Shown: positions 1-14,468 of the stretch, piece after piece
Numbering within the stretch: the stretch's first letter is position 1
Layout: the number at the start of each line of letters is the position of its first letter
From: Camelus ferus
Lineage: Eukaryota
Reading direction: 5' to 3'
DNA length: 64,000 nt
Assembly (NCBI RefSeq): GCF_009834535.1
Contig: NC_045697.1
Location: 56,298,001-56,362,000 of the forward strand
Notes under the pieces: model-generated
What the model saw: the letters and a program-made list of their open reading frames with translations, nothing else
Databases searched by the model: none
What the model was told of the DNA's origin: nothing
Position numbers and translations under genes: made by a program

Positions 1-207
1 TTTACTGATGATATTCAGCTACGGATTCTCATTTACCTGCATACGAATCAACCTCTGAAATTACTCCCCCAATTTTTTCCCTAAAATATATATATACAAA
101 AGTGACGTAAAAGCAATGCACTTGTTACATACGCAGCATTAGACAATGTGTTTCAGAGAAGGTTCAATCTGTCTACTGTTTGAGACCTGAAGGATAGTAC
201 AGCTTTA

Positions 208-245
208 GCACACACGTACACACACACATACACACGCATACACAT
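208..245. repeat. Imperfect (CA)n microsatellite
   Basis: gcacacacgtacacacacacatacacacgcatacacat. Confidence 0.8.
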
Positions 246-3200
246 GAATTCCATATGTATCTGAAACTGCTGTATGAGAATAACTAAATTTTAGTATGTT
301 AGTTTTTAGTAAATAGAAATATTTAGTGTATTTCTTGGTTATACAAAAAAAAATCTATACCCAAGAGAAAAAGCTTAATTTTCAGCATGACTAAATCCAA
401 GTCTTCATAAAATAAGTTTTGGATATACTGTCTTCCAGAAGTATATTACTTTTTAAAAATAGCAATATTGATAAATGTGTGTGTTTTTCATTCATATTAT
501 ATTTTTTCTTAATTTAATTTCATTACACTGAGATTTATATTTTTTTACCAGCAAATTTTTTGCATGCAACTTTTGCTACTTCATTTTATTGAAAGCACAT
601 TCTTGAATTTCAGAGGACATTTGTCTTATGATAGAAATGTTTAAAATAAAATGTCATTTTATTTTACTTTTCATGGACAGGTTATTTTATGTTTCTATCA
701 TATAAATATACTTATCAAAAGCTAAACGATGGGATTTTCGAAGGGCTTTTCCTATCTCATTCAAGACAATGAACTTTACAATTTTTGTTGAGACTAAGAA
801 AATCTTATCTACCTCATAGTACCTAGACTATACCGAATTAACTCAGTAAAGTCTTGCAAATAAAAGAAAAACTAAATGAAGAGATGTGGATGAAACCTAA
901 CATAAATTTGGGGAGTTATCTTTAAGCATTAGAAAATTATTGAAAAAATTCTGTCTTAGGAATGGTCTAAAGACATAGAATTATGTATATTTCTCATTCG
1001 TCACTGTGCTAAAACATGATTGATAAACACAAAATTATAATATTTAGACTCTTGTCTCACTTTGAACTTACTTTGTTTTGTCACTTTTTAACCTCCTGAA
1101 TATATTGTAAACCAGATATTTGCTCCTAGATGACATGTCTTTTAATTGCAAATAATTTGACTGCTTACTGGTGATATAAACAAATTAATTTTGATGTATT
1201 GCCAAAATATTAATATCATTTGTATGTAATATTTGTTGACAATTTATAACATCATGTGGGCCAGGAGAGAATATATCTTGAAGGCACATATTCACTGACA
1301 ATTTAAGTTTTTATTCAGATTATAGGGAAAAATCAGGAATACAACACATTGACTACTGTGAGAATAATCTATTTCAAAGAAAAAAAAACTATTTTATTCT
1401 AAAATATTTTGAAAATGAAAAATAAATCAAATATAGAGATTTTCTAATCTTTTTAGGCTAAAATTGATTACAAAGAGACCTCTTGGAGTCTCTTACCTAG
1501 ATACAGTTAAAATAATATAGATAAGTATCAATCCTGAAAGAAAAAAGTTCTATTTTTAAAATGGCAAAGAATTCTAATATCTTAGGAGTCTATCAGTTCT
1601 AGAATTCATGTGATCATCTTGTTTAAAGGTGCTAAATTTTCCATAGAGCATTTTCTGCAGAATTCAGACTTTATTTTTTACTTTCTTGCCAATTACTTTT
1701 AACTAGTGTTTTCATGGGACTACAAAACAATTGACTTGTCCTATGCAAACTATGAGCTAATTACCCTGGGCTGAAAATAAATTAAACCCCTTGATATGCA
1801 CAGCATGTTGTAATTGTTTTTTAATCTTTCTCTTCTATTGGTAATGACATTGCACATTGATAACTTTCTTATTATACCCTAATTTTGTGGACTTTTCTAT
1901 TTTATATGTGATTTTATAGATATATACATATAATTTATAGATATAGATATAAATTGTTTAACTGATCAATCTTTCAACCAATGATTGTCATCTCCAGACT
2001 CTTCTAATTACATGTTTGAGAAAGGCTTCTACTGTGACCTTCCCCTCTTTTTCCTTCCTTTGAAGACAATCATTCATACTATTAAACTGGATTTTTTTTC
2101 CTGTGTCCCTGTTTCAAACGTGGGGCCTAATTCTAAAAATTGATTACTAGACACTTCTTTGTCTGATATAAAGCTTAAACTAACAGGATTTAGAGGTATA
2201 AAAAATACAAAGGAAAACATCTTTCTGTCAGTGTGCAGAAACTGTTTCTTCTTTGAACCTTACTCAATATAGACACCCTGGGATTAAAGAATATATTTTA
2301 ATACTTTGTTTCTTTTATTAGTTGTTTATGAATTTAATGAAATCTTAAGAAAATTTCAGAGCTTACTTTTTTAATTCTATTAATTCCACATGTACCCTCA
2401 GAGGTTAAAGACACACACATTACACACATGCATGCCCACACTTATGTGCATGTGTCCTTGCATATAAACACAAGAAAAGGTAAAGCTGTTTGCCAATTTT
2501 AAAATTGGAAAACAAAACCAAGAAGTTATAGCTCTTGAAGAGGCAGAAGGAATCCTTCAAGCTGCTTAGCTTTGGATATGATTCTAAAGCTATTCATGTG
2601 TCACTTTAATGCTCTGATGGTCCTGAGATGATAAATTTAGTCTAAGGGGTGGCTTAATTCCTGTAAAAAGGATTAACTATTTTCCTGGCCAAAAAAAAAA
2701 AAAAAAATCTTCCCTTGTTTGTCCTGGTCATGTTCAAATCCTGTGGCTGGACATGCTAAATCCTATTTCCCTTTGTCTTTCATTAAACAATTGAAACTCA
2801 ATCCATTTGAAATATCTCATAATTTCCTGAGGCAAAAAATTTTTCAGGAGTCAGTGGCCATTCTACTTGAAGGCCAGGAACAAATTTAAGTTACTCAGAT
2901 CATGTGAGAAATTTAGAGAAAAAAGTAGATTTATGAAAACACTGCTTTAGATTTTTTGTTACTTAAAAATGATATTAAAATTTAGCTTTTGTAATTTTTT
3001 TCAAATCTCTTAAAGTCTAACAGGTTGTAAATGACACCATTACAGACATATATTGAGTGTCTATTGCACATCAAACACCCAGAAAAGCCCCAGGCATGTG
3101 AAATAAAAAGGCAGTATCCTTTTTTCAGAGTGTTCCATTTTAAATTAGTAGTCTGATAAATGGATAGAATTTTATAAACAGAATTAAGAGTTAGGGATAA

Positions 3201-3699
3201 AGAGAACTTAGATTAGAATCATTTCCTTCATGTTAACTCTTTTTCTTTGGACCAAAATAGTGGTCTGATTCATTAATTCAAGAAACATTTGACTTCTTAA
3301 TAAATGCCTGCCACAATTCTTATGTTACGAAAAACAATAGCTTGGTGGTAAAATCCACAGGATTTAGAAACTTTTCTTCAGGCTCATTTGGAGTCCAATA
3401 AAATATTTATACAGGCATTTTGAATGCAATTATTTAATTCAAACAAGTGCCCAAGCCCTGCCCACATTTGATATCAAAGAATAAGAGCCTGTTAAGTGAA
3501 TGATTTTTAAAGGCTTGGAGGTATTCGAAAACCTTCAGGGAATCCTCTTTGCCTAATGGAGAAACACAATAGAATTACTGATAATAATAAATATAAAATC
3601 GTCTAGCATGAATTACATGCTACCTACTGTTAGGCATTGTTATGTAGTATCTCACAACACTGTGTCTCACTATTAGCTCTATTTCCAATTTATACTTCA

Positions 3700-4120
3700 C
3701 AAAATGTATCTTCTTTCTGTTTCTTGACTGTTACAAAAATAGTCCAGTCTTAAGGCTTTTGCACTGGCTCTACTTGCTGCCTAAAACTCCCCTGCCCCAG
3801 AGAACAGCATGGCTTCCTCCTTCTGTCTTTGCTCAATCTCATTCTCTTAGTTGTACTCACTGAAATGATGACCTATGAGTCCTTCCTCTGCTCATCAGAT
3901 CTCCCTTATGCTAATCTGTCTCTTCATAACACTCTTTGTCATTAAACACATATATATTTATTATGCATTACAAATACATACACACACACATACACACACA
4001 CACACATATATTTCTTCGGTTGATTTTTGTGTCTGTCTCCCATACTAGAATATAAGATCCAAAATGACAGGGATTTCTATCTCTGGGCTCCCTGCCCCTG
4101 CCCCTAGGTCAACATCTAGA
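3700..4120 (+). mobile_element. Degenerate L2 3' fragment containing a (CA)n tract at 3981-4006
   Basis: aggcttttgcactggctctacttgctgcctaaaa... and tgtctgtctcccatactagaatataagatcc...gacagggattt resemble the L2 3' consensus. Confidence 0.55.
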
Positions 4121-4914
4121 ACATAAGTTATATTACACATTTAGTTAGTGAGGGCCTGGGTCTTGAACACAGCTCTAAACTTAATACCCTTGCTCTTCAC
4201 TATATAACTTTCCCATGACATATAGTCATTCAACTATATGATTTTGGTGAAACTCTGAACTCTTGTATGTAAAGTCATTGATTTTCTACTACTGAAAATA
4301 ATGGTATTAACATTGAAAAACTTTCTAAATGGATTGGTAATATGAATAAAATAACTCTTAGAAGTTTATGTCAGTGATTTCTTGGCAATAAAGTATAAAA
4401 AATACACCGGGTTAAGTGAATTTTCCCTCCATTCTACACTTGAAAATTACACCTGGTAAACTGTTATCTGTTTTAGAATGACATGTATCAGATGTCACCT
4501 ACCCCATGACCATTCCTGATATTGTGAAAGCTAGCTAATTTCACTCTTGTTTTCCCTCAAAACTTTTTTCCCAGTTGGAGTAATTTTAGTTCATCATTTT
4601 ATGTGTCTCCCCTAATAGATATGTGTTCATCTCAGATTCTACTGTACATTCTCAGGAAATGTCCAATGACCATATTACTGGAAGAGTGAAACTGGGTTCA
4701 GCTCTCTTGAAAATATGCTTCAAACTACCTTTCCAGCATTGTCACTATGTGTTTTTGAGCTGGATTCCTTTGGTTGCACATAACAGAAGCCAAATTTAAA
4801 GCCGCTTAATTCAAAAGATAATTATAGATCATGCAGATGAAAAGTTCCAGAGGTTTTTTTTTTTTAAATCCAAAGTACAGGCCCTTATAGATCCAAATGC
4901 TAAAATATTATCTA

Positions 4915-5115
4915 CTATGCAGTTGGAGACACTTGATTCAAGAATGCTCTGGCACAAATATGGTATTTAAAGCCACTGATCAAAATGAGGCTATTTGGGT
5001 AGAGCCCGGGGGGAGAGTGGGGCACTCTGAGTCGTGTTGAGAGGTTGAGTGAAGGAGGAAGATCCAGCCGAAGGAGACTGAGTAGGAGTGTCAGTGAGGT
5101 AGCAGGAGACCAGAC
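4915..5115 (-). mobile_element. L2 fragment
   Basis: tggtatttaaagccac...gaaggaggaagatccagccgaaggagactgagtaggagtgtcagtgaggtagcaggagaccag is typical of the L2 antisense strand. Confidence 0.65.
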
Positions 5116-8100
5116 AATTGTTGGATGACTGAAGTGGGATTGGTCACCATCCTGAATCCAGCCCCTACTTCAGAGCTCTTGACCTTTGCTGTCAGAGCTC
5201 GTATGGCACAGGCTCTGACAGGAATCTGATACACAGCCCCACAGAGTAAATCAGTCAGTAGCACTGGGGCCTTAACTAAAAAGAGGACAGGGAAGGTGTG
5301 CTGCATAGCAGTACAGTTAGAGCTCAGGCCTGAACACGACGTAGGGTCTGGCTCAGACAAAGCACACGAGGTGGGAGTGAAGAAAGAGGGTCTCACCCTG
5401 TGCCTTTTTTCCATATCTTCCATTTCTTCTCAATATTTATACCTCACCCGCACATCAAGACTCACATCAGCCATTCTTTCTATCATAAAACCTTCCTCAA
5501 TTCCTTTAGCCAAAGCATTCTCTCCTTCCACTTAAGTCTCAGAACAATATATCAGTATTTATCAAGGAATTTAACATTTTCAACCACAAATTATAGTCCA
5601 TTGAGTAAATATCTGCTCTCTTTTGCCCGCCAGTAAGTATTTAGAGGATAAAGACTTCTGTGGCTCTCCCACATAACGTGATTGAATGAATGCCTCATAA
5701 ATTATTGAATTAAAGATAAACTGGGCATCAATCTCTATTTGAAGTGCTTTGTCTCATTTTTCCCTATTGGTGTTGATAGTTTGGAAAGTGAAAAATGTCA
5801 GTAACTCTGACATGAGCACAATAAAATACCTAACCCGTAAATGTACTTTCTTACTGAATAGTGAAACTTTTGGTGCCATCAATAAAATAAATGCAGTGAT
5901 ATCAAAGAACTGTTGCATAGGAGTTAAGAAATCTTAACTAGTTTATGCTGTTTATTTGACATCTGCACATCCTAATGCCAGGATGATGCACCTGGTAATA
6001 TTAAGCAGTACTAGTTTTTTATAAATGATAATGTACATCAACATAATTGTATTTCTCTCTTGATTCTCTTCAAGTTCGGGGCATCATGGATATGTTGCTA
6101 TATTTGTCATCTTTAACAACTAAATTATGTAGTTTTGGAACTTGTTAAGTGTAAGTTTTGTATAAAATATCTTAATCAAATACTATTTTATTTTAAAATA
6201 ATGCTAAATAGGCAAATATTTGTACTGAACACATGCAATCACTGATTTTAGAAAACAGATCATTAAAAGGAAATCTCAGTAGTTTATGAATTAGCAATAG
6301 ATGTGACTTCATAAAACTATAATAAATACAGGCATGTGTATTGATTTAATATCTGAGAGTTGTTATGCCTTCTGTTTTCTCATGATTATATGCTTTTTCC
6401 TTCAAAGGCTCTGAATCACAGATAATTAGAGAGCAGATCATAATTTATTAATAACTGACAAATGGGGATCAGGGCAGAGCAGTGCCAGAAAGACTAGGAG
6501 CATAGCAACAACTAATTGCCCACTGTGGGAAGTAAATCGTCCTAGGAAACTGAACCCATGAGGGTTACTGGCTCAATTGCTCAACATTATTGAATATCCC
6601 ACCTGCGACTTCTCACAGATCAAACATGTAAACATCATTGCAACTCTCAGGAAGTTATATTGAGGCAAACGTTTGGAAGGAAAAATTCTATTTATGGTAC
6701 TGGAGGCAATTTAATGTCATTGATTTACAGAGATGAAAATTATTTTAGCAAAGAATCTAGAGCATTTCAGATTTCAAGTACTGTGAAACACAGGGCAGGT
6801 CAGAAGGCTAACCACAACAGCAAAATTTGCTTCTTGTCTGAAGCTCCATTTCTGTAAGAATATGATCCCCATCTGGAAGAGAGAACAGTGTGACATACCA
6901 GAAGATGCTGGGCTCTGGCAGAAAACTCTGCTAGGTTTCTGGGAATCTCACCACGTCTCTCAGAACCCACAATAGCACAGGCTTTCATAGGAACCTTATG
7001 GCCAGCTCTATAGAGAAAATCAATAACACGGTCCTATGCCAAAGGGTTGGCCATCTAGTCAACAACAATAAAAAATCAGTTAATTTCCTGAGCCATGTCT
7101 AGGAATAAACTTATTGCTGAGCAATGAAGCAAATGAACAATGTTCCAAATAATAGCAGCCCCATTTATTCAAGACCTGTGCTCTTTTTTAAAACTGGCAT
7201 GAACCCGGAAAGAAATAAATGTTTCTAATGGATTAGCAACTCAGTCTCAAACAGCTGAATTCTTTATCATGCCGTGTAGAAGGGTTGACTTCAGATCTAG
7301 CTGATGGCTGAGATAGTGATAATGCTACAAACCATAATATAGCCCAATTATCTTGCTTACCAAATTCTTTTACTATCTCTCACTCCTTGCTTCTTTCTCA
7401 TTTCTTACTCCCCTGAGTTTGTAACCTCACATAAGAACGACATACTTTTCTGTATCAGATCTTTGACATACATTTGCTGTCAATAGTCTGTGGGTGTTGT
7501 CCTCTCTTTTGGAGCCATCAGTATTGCAGAAAGCAGTGTCAGTTTTTATTATTCTTTTAGTTTTAATTGTATCTTTTTAATTATGATTTATGAAGACTCA
7601 TTTTTTCCTTCCTAATCTTATGGTCTGGTGCTTGGTTGTACATCTCCGTAATGGTCATGAGTTCTCTTGAGTCAGGGTTGATTGAAAGGCAAGACAGAAG
7701 GTTTGGGGGGGGCCTATTGTAGGTTTTCATTTCTTTGTTTTTGCTTCCTCTCCACACACCATTTTCATCCTGAATGGGAAGATATCATCAGGTTGACAGA
7801 TTGAGACCTCCATGTGGTGATTAGTAGAGGAAAACCTCTCTGTTTCTTGGGTTTTCTTAGGCTGTTCTTAGACCAACTACGTAATTCCTCTTCAGTGTCC
7901 CTCCAGACTGAATAGTCCATGGCATTCAAATATTCTCAGGTATATCACAAACACCTCTTCTCCACCTCCAAGGGCCCTCCACACATCGACAGTGGGAAAT
8001 CCTAGTGCTGCTTTCACACTCCTATGTCTGTTTTGTTTGGTTTTCCTGAAGCAAGTTTAATAGACATTGGTTTGAACTAATTCTATTCTTGATGACGTAC

Positions 8101-8347
8101 ACATCTTGCCAACATTTAAAAAGAAATCTATCCGTATGGAGTTCAATTGAGGTCATATAGCTTTGATTGTTTAATAATTTAATTTGTTAATACTTTGTTT
8201 AAATTCCACTTTCCCTGTTTAATACAAAGAGATATGTCTTTTTTAAAATATGAGAACATAGTACCCATAAAAATGTAAAAGATAATCATAACATATAGTC
8301 ACAAAGCAACGAGTTGAACAAACATCTTGAAAATATGTAAGTATACA

Positions 8348-8513
8348 GGGGAGGGTATAGCTCAAGTGGTAGAGCACTTGCTTAGCATGCATGAGGTCCT
8401 GCGTTCAATCCCCAGTACCTCCTTTAAAAAGAAATAAACCTAGTTACCTCCCACCACCAAAATAAAATAATTAAATAATATAATAATAAATAAAACCTAA
8501 AAAGCTACTTTTA
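8348..8513 (+). mobile_element. tRNA-derived SINE (camelid vic-1-like)
   Basis: GGGGAGGGTATAGCTCAAGTGGTAGAGC (A box) and GTTCAATCCC (B box), A-rich tail. 17-bp TSD with 2 mismatches at 8331-8347 and 8514-8530. Confidence 0.9.
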
Positions 8514-9779
8514 AAAAATGTAAGTATATAAGATTAAGTGAAATATTTTCTATGTTAATATTACTATTTCCTAGATATACTGGAATTTACCACAAATCCT
8601 CACTGCTAAAGTTGTTTGTGAGATTTTCATATGTGTCAGCAAAATATTGCTACATTTTTAAGGATACTAAGTTTAGCATAAGTATTTAACCAATAGGTAT
8701 TAAATTTATAGAATTATTCTTAATTTACTGCAGATAAGATTATCAGGAAAATGCCAATCTATAAGCCCAATCTTCCTCAGAAAATTTTTAAGAAGAATTT
8801 AGTCACCTAAATGACTAACCTCTATTTGATCACGCCAAAGATGATGTAAAACCTAAGTTATCATCAAAACAGCATTTACATGATAAGTGATATTGAGCAT
8901 TGTTTATATATACAGTTTGATGAGAAAGATATATGCTAAACCAGAATTCTATATTTGCATGACTTTGTGTGTTTTCTAATACATAAGGACCTCTTGATCT
9001 ATTTTGATATTGATATCTGAATTTTTCTGACCTCCTTCTATTCCACCTGATTCAAATGTACGTCTGATGGTCAACTAGACTTACCTTTCTCTAGTCATTT
9101 GGAATGCAAAGGGCCAGGAGTCTTAAAGGCTTAAAAGTAATCATTCCAAACCTGTGCTAGTGTGTACTGTCACTCACCGGCCCCGGGAGGGAAATAGCTA
9201 CTTTGAATTCCAAGTAGATGTCTATTTTACCACCCAGTATTTTTCTGCCCAAGCCCTGAGGCTTCTAAATCCCCATCCAATAAACTGAAATGGGAAGTCC
9301 TTCTGTGCATATCACATATCTGGATGGGGCTTGGGCAGTCTGGCCCATTGGTTCCTATCAGCTCCCCAAAGTCAGGGTGATGGGCTCCTGCTCTTGTCTC
9401 TCCAGCTCTTTGAAAAGCCCCTCACGCTAAGAGGACTCTTAAATAGCCCAGCTTGGAAGTCTAGTAGGGAGTCATCTCAGTGCATTAATATGTCCTGAAG
9501 TGAAACTCACTATCAATTCTGCTTCCATCTTCCCACCCATTGCGTTTTGTCTCCTTAGACCTCAAATATTCAGTCTGCTGAAATGCTTCAGCTGTATCCT
9601 AAAATATTTTCAGAGGTTAGATTAATAGCCATTTCCTTAGATGAAAATCTTGATTTTAATCCATGACATTACCAAGACCTCTTGCTGCCCACCTTTCCTA
9701 TACATTTCAGTCAGTTTTTTTACATTGCTTATTACATAGTTGGCATGGTTATAATCATTGTCCTAATTTCTGACTAGCT

Positions 9780-10830
9780 GCTATTTTATTTATGCATTTT
9801 TAAAATTTCTGATTAAAAAGTATTTAGAACATTCAAGACAAAATATAGACAGAAAATCAATCATGTATATTCACCAGGGGCAGTCAGTATTAACATTTAG
9901 CCATATATATTTAAGGTATTTTATATACATATTTGAGTTCAAAATTTATAGTTTTGTTTTCTGTTTTCCTTTGATTAGCATTATAATATAAAAATTTCTT
10001 GTGTAATTGAAAATATTTTAAAAGCAAACATTTATTACCTCTTTGATATTCTAAGGTCTAACCTTTTCCATATGCTTTCCCTTTTGTTTTGCTTGTTTTC
10101 TTTTGTTATTTTTTTTAAGGGAGGGAGATTACTATTTTTATCTCTAATGTTCTTAGAATACATTCATATAATCAAAGTAAGGGTCAATGAATATGAATAT
10201 TTTGAAGATTGTTGATACATGTTGACAAATGACCCTCTTAAATCATTGTACCAATTACAACTCCCCCCTACAGTGCATGAAATTGCTTGGTGGTTCACAA
10301 ACTAGTCAGTCTCTGCTAATTTGATAGGAGAAAAATAGTTCTGTGTTTTTAATTGCGTTTCTTTTTATTTTTGAGATTTAATGGGCTCATTAATATATAT
10401 ATGTAATGAGTATAGTCATTAGCTATTTTATTACCTATTTTGTAAATTATGTGTACATGCTCTTTACCCATTTAGGCTAGTAGGATCTTAGCTTTCCATA
10501 TAGTGGAGATACATCTTTAGAAGTGGCAAGATTTGTTTGCTTTTTAGTAATATTTATTTTTCATGGGATACAAAAAATGTTAATTTTACATGGTTGAGGA
10601 TCTAAATTAATATTTTCTATAGACTTGTGTAAGTACCAGCACTGTTTATCACCCTCTCATGATGCTGTTACAGGTCTCTACAAGTAGCATATCGTAAATA
10701 AGTGTCTACATAGCTGTTCCTTTGTCTATACTGCCACTGGGCCATCAAACCTCTTCTTCTAATGTGTACCAGGATCGTGTTAGTTTAAGTATTATAATTT
10801 AAAAATATTTTTTCAGTCTTTGTCCAGGCA
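9780..10830 (-). mobile_element. Old, degenerate L1 (L1M/L1ME-like) fragment
   Basis: T-rich antisense L1 motifs such as ttgatacatgttgacaaatgaccctc...ttgtaccaattacaactcccc and gctaatttgataggagaaaaatag. Boundaries approximate. Confidence 0.55.
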
Positions 10831-11894
10831 AATTTCTATTGGGGAATCACATATGGTCACAATTACAAATATTTGACATAAGTACTTTTCCATGTATGTA
10901 AAGCAATTGCAATCATAATTAACCACTGTTGTGTTATATATGTGATAATGTATAAGAATAGTTAACATTTATCATCATTATATTTAATTTTAAACACTTA
11001 CAACTGTCATATATATGACTTTGATACTACTGACTAATAGAAAACAAAATGTATTTACAGAATTTGAATAGCTTAATATGAAAATGGACCTCTAGCTTCC
11101 TTTTAAATTATTCTCATAATTAATTCAATTCTCATAATTTATTTATCACAAAACACACACATTCCTTGTGTTTTGATCATTTTAGTGTACTTCCACAATT
11201 ACTTTAATTATTTGAGAGTGATATAATTAAATTGAAACTTTAGTCCTGATTTTTCTACTTTATAAGTTGTGTGTATAATAAATGTGATTCAACTTTGGAA
11301 AAATATTTAAGAGCCACAATGAAGGGAGATAAATAAATCAGATCTTAAATATTGGCTTACTTCTTTGACTAATCTCTTCCCTCTTTGACCCACTCATATT
11401 TTTAATTAGTAGTACACTTTCATTAAGACAAAGTAGTGTTTAAAACATATGTTACTATCAGAGCTGTGCTTAGAATATTCTAATGTTTTTAAGCTGGCAA
11501 AATTAGCATCATTTTTTGCAACTTTATTTCCCCCTGCTTTTTCCTGTCTACTTCTCTCGAAATAAATTAAAACCTAAAGTAGATAAGCACTGTCGAGTTA
11601 GTCATGACAGTCGTACATTCCTCTTAAAGAAACCTCACAGACAGACCTGATTCAGCTGGGAAACGACTGGGAAGGGAAAGTTCAGTGAAAGGAGCCTGTT
11701 GTAACTTTAGGCTTCTAGAAATGGAGGTAATTGATGTTTGCTCGGTGGAGGTGTCATCCTGCAGGAGAAACACATGATTCAGTATTTTGTATATCAACAC
11801 TATTATTGTTCCAGAACAGAACCAAGATAGTGGATGGTTCCAAAGCTGTATCTGTGTAATTTCTCTTTATTGGACTGGTAAAGATTATCTCTTC

Positions 11895-12309
11895 TGTGGA
11901 AGTAAACAAACAATACCCAAATGAGAACAAGCAAAGGCGATTTATTAAGAGCTTGCTATAGCAAGAGAATCAGCCACCATCATCTGAGTTTGGCAGAGAC
12001 TCAAAGGCAGGCAGTGGTGTAAAAACTTTATTACAAAGAAAGGGAAAGCTTCAGGCCCGCCCTGCTGGGAGGCTATTGGCCAGGGGAAGCTGGAGGTGGG
12101 CCTCCTGTGTGACTGATTAGACTTCCACTAGTCCTAACTAGCGACAAAAATTCGGGAAGCTGGCATTTATTGATAAAGTTCTGATCACTTGGGTCAGTTA
12201 TTACAGAGGTTATAATTTGGCTTCCTAAGCTGGTTGCTGCAGATTTTGGATCAGAGTTCTATTTTTCTATTTGGTCTGATCATTGTCCATTTGTATATTT
12301 AGTCTCTCA
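11895..12309 (-). mobile_element. Solo ERV1-class LTR (MER89/MER90/MER110-like)
   Basis: TG...CA termini and a perfect 4-bp TSD CTTC (11891-11894, 12310-12313). The reverse complement starts TGAGAGACTAAATATACAAATGGACAATG, and an AATAAA lies on the minus strand near its 3' end. Confidence 0.8.
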
Positions 12310-14280
12310 CTTCATGAATTTCACCAAATAGTGTTACAAGTCCTTTTATAAGCTTAATGTTCAGTTTTTTTTAATTAAAGAGGAGAGAAAATTATAAGGA
12401 CTGTAGCCATGAATATACTGTGAATTCCTTTTACTTTTAGGTGATCAGATAAATAACTAGTTCAAATCAGCATCACCTTGAATCTTAATCGGTTTATAAA
12501 AGTAATTTTGAAGGTAGAGGGTTGAAATTGTTTAAGAAGGATTTTGATTTAACAAAGAACTGAAGAAACTATATGTCTTACAATGCCAGAGAAGGAAAGT
12601 GGGAGATGAGGAAAAAGAAAAGGAGGGGGAAGTGAAACTGAGATAAACTTGAAAAAAATATTATTTTTATTCATTTTTAGTGGTTCTTAAACTTATTCTT
12701 TTACCAGACTGTTTGCCAGTTTTTGAGTTAGATATCAGTTCGAAAATGTGTAGTCTGCCCTACCCATATAATGCTTACGATGTCCTGTTTCCTATTTGTT
12801 ACTTGAAAAGAAAGTTGAGTTTTTAGAAAGTTTAATCCAAAAAATCATATATACTTGACAAGAACATATAGATCAAATATTTTTTTTAGTTACTGTTTTA
12901 TTGGCCATATCTAAAGTATACTTAAATATATTTATATTTATATATGTACGAATAGACATATAGACACATGTATAATAATATAGTACTGACGTTCAATTAT
13001 TTAAATTTGAATAACATAAAAAATTAAATGATGAAATGTATGAAAAGGTGAAACAATTGGATTTTCTTTTTCAAAATATCACACTGGGCAGCTTTTAGCA
13101 AAAGTACTTGGTTCATGTAACCTCTTGTTGTGGGCTCACTTGATTTTTCTGACCTTGGTGACTTGTAGAACTTGCTTTTTTGATAAAATTTGATTCTTTG
13201 ATATGCTTCTTGCTTTCATAGCATGAACAGTCTAATATGGAGACAAACATGCAATCAGATAATTTCTACAGTTAGTGTTGTATTTTTAAAAAATTGGTGC
13301 AATTATAGAATGGAGGGTATAATTATCTTTACCTTTAGGGGTACAGAAATACTGTTACAGAAATTGTAAATTTGAGCAGAACGCAGAGGATAAAGAGAAA
13401 TTTTGCGAGTTTGTCGAAAGAGAGTGCGTGATGGACAAGGCATGGCAACAAGAATGCACGTGGTGTGTCCAGTTTATTGTGACTCTTTAAACCTGTCTAC
13501 AAGGCCTTCCACAACCTCTGCCTGAGACCCTCCCCAGCCAGCCTCATCTTCTTGCCTTCCTGCCTCATTAATGGCTTGAATTCTCATACATAAATGCAAT
13601 AAATAAATATATACATAGTACGTATGTATATAACTAAAGGTATGTATATGTAGCTCTGGTTTACTCTAGCTCTGTAACAGTTGAAAAGAAAATCTTATAC
13701 ATCAAAATATTCACCACTTCTTGAAGGCTTTCCTGACAAGCCTGGAGAAAACTGAGCTTTGCTTTTTGCATAACTTTATGTTAGTCCGTGGTCCAGTAGC
13801 TCAGAAGGGCAAAATGAGGAGAGTGAATAAAGATAGCCTTACAGATTTGTTATTTTGTTTGAGGTATTATGACTCCTAAAGAACGCAAGTACCTAGTATT
13901 GAAGCACAGAAGTACAAAAAAGTCTGTTATTAAGCATTAACTGAAAGAAACCTGTAAAGTTAAATGTTAGGGGGGAAAAAAGCTTATGGTTTAAAAAGAT
14001 GGAGGAGAAGATGAAATTTAAAGTTACTTAACAAACCAGTTTTCATTTGTAGGTAATATAAATTAACACTGTAAACAAATTGCAGGAGAATTATTTTAAG
14101 TACTTACCAGAGAACGAATTGTATTTAAGCACCTTCAGGCACTTTAGAAGTTTTTATTAGCATGCAGACCATTACTATGCTAATTACAAACCTTTTCCTT
14201 TGTATTCATTAAGTAAATTCCCCTAAGACTACTATAAGACACATAATTCAGGACAAGTATCTGTTGAGTACCTGTTGGAT

Positions 14281-14468
14281 CAGTGGTTGTCAACCTGAAA
14301 GAAATCAACTAACAGATTTTGAAAAATAATAATGCTTGGGTCCCACGGTCAAAGTGTTCCGATTTGATTGTCCTGGGATGAGGCTTGGGCACTGTGGTTT
14401 GTTTTGTTTTGCTTTTTTTCCAAAACTTCCTGGTTGACTCTAATCAGTAGCCCGGTTTAGAATCATTC
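14281..14468. mobile_element. MER5-like hAT-Charlie DNA transposon
   Basis: Starts cagtggttgtcaacct, has tccgatttgattgtcctgggatgaggcttgggca internally, and ends cccggtttagaatcatt. Confidence 0.7.

Noticed and set aside
5091..5423. 110-aa minus-strand ORF
   Set aside because: No recognisable domain, and it overlaps L2 and probable MLT1-like remnants. Most likely a chance ORF.
8348..8422. tRNA-Ala-like gene (also at 31820-31897)
   Set aside because: A-rich tails, TSDs and degenerate stems mark both as SINEs, not functional tRNA genes.
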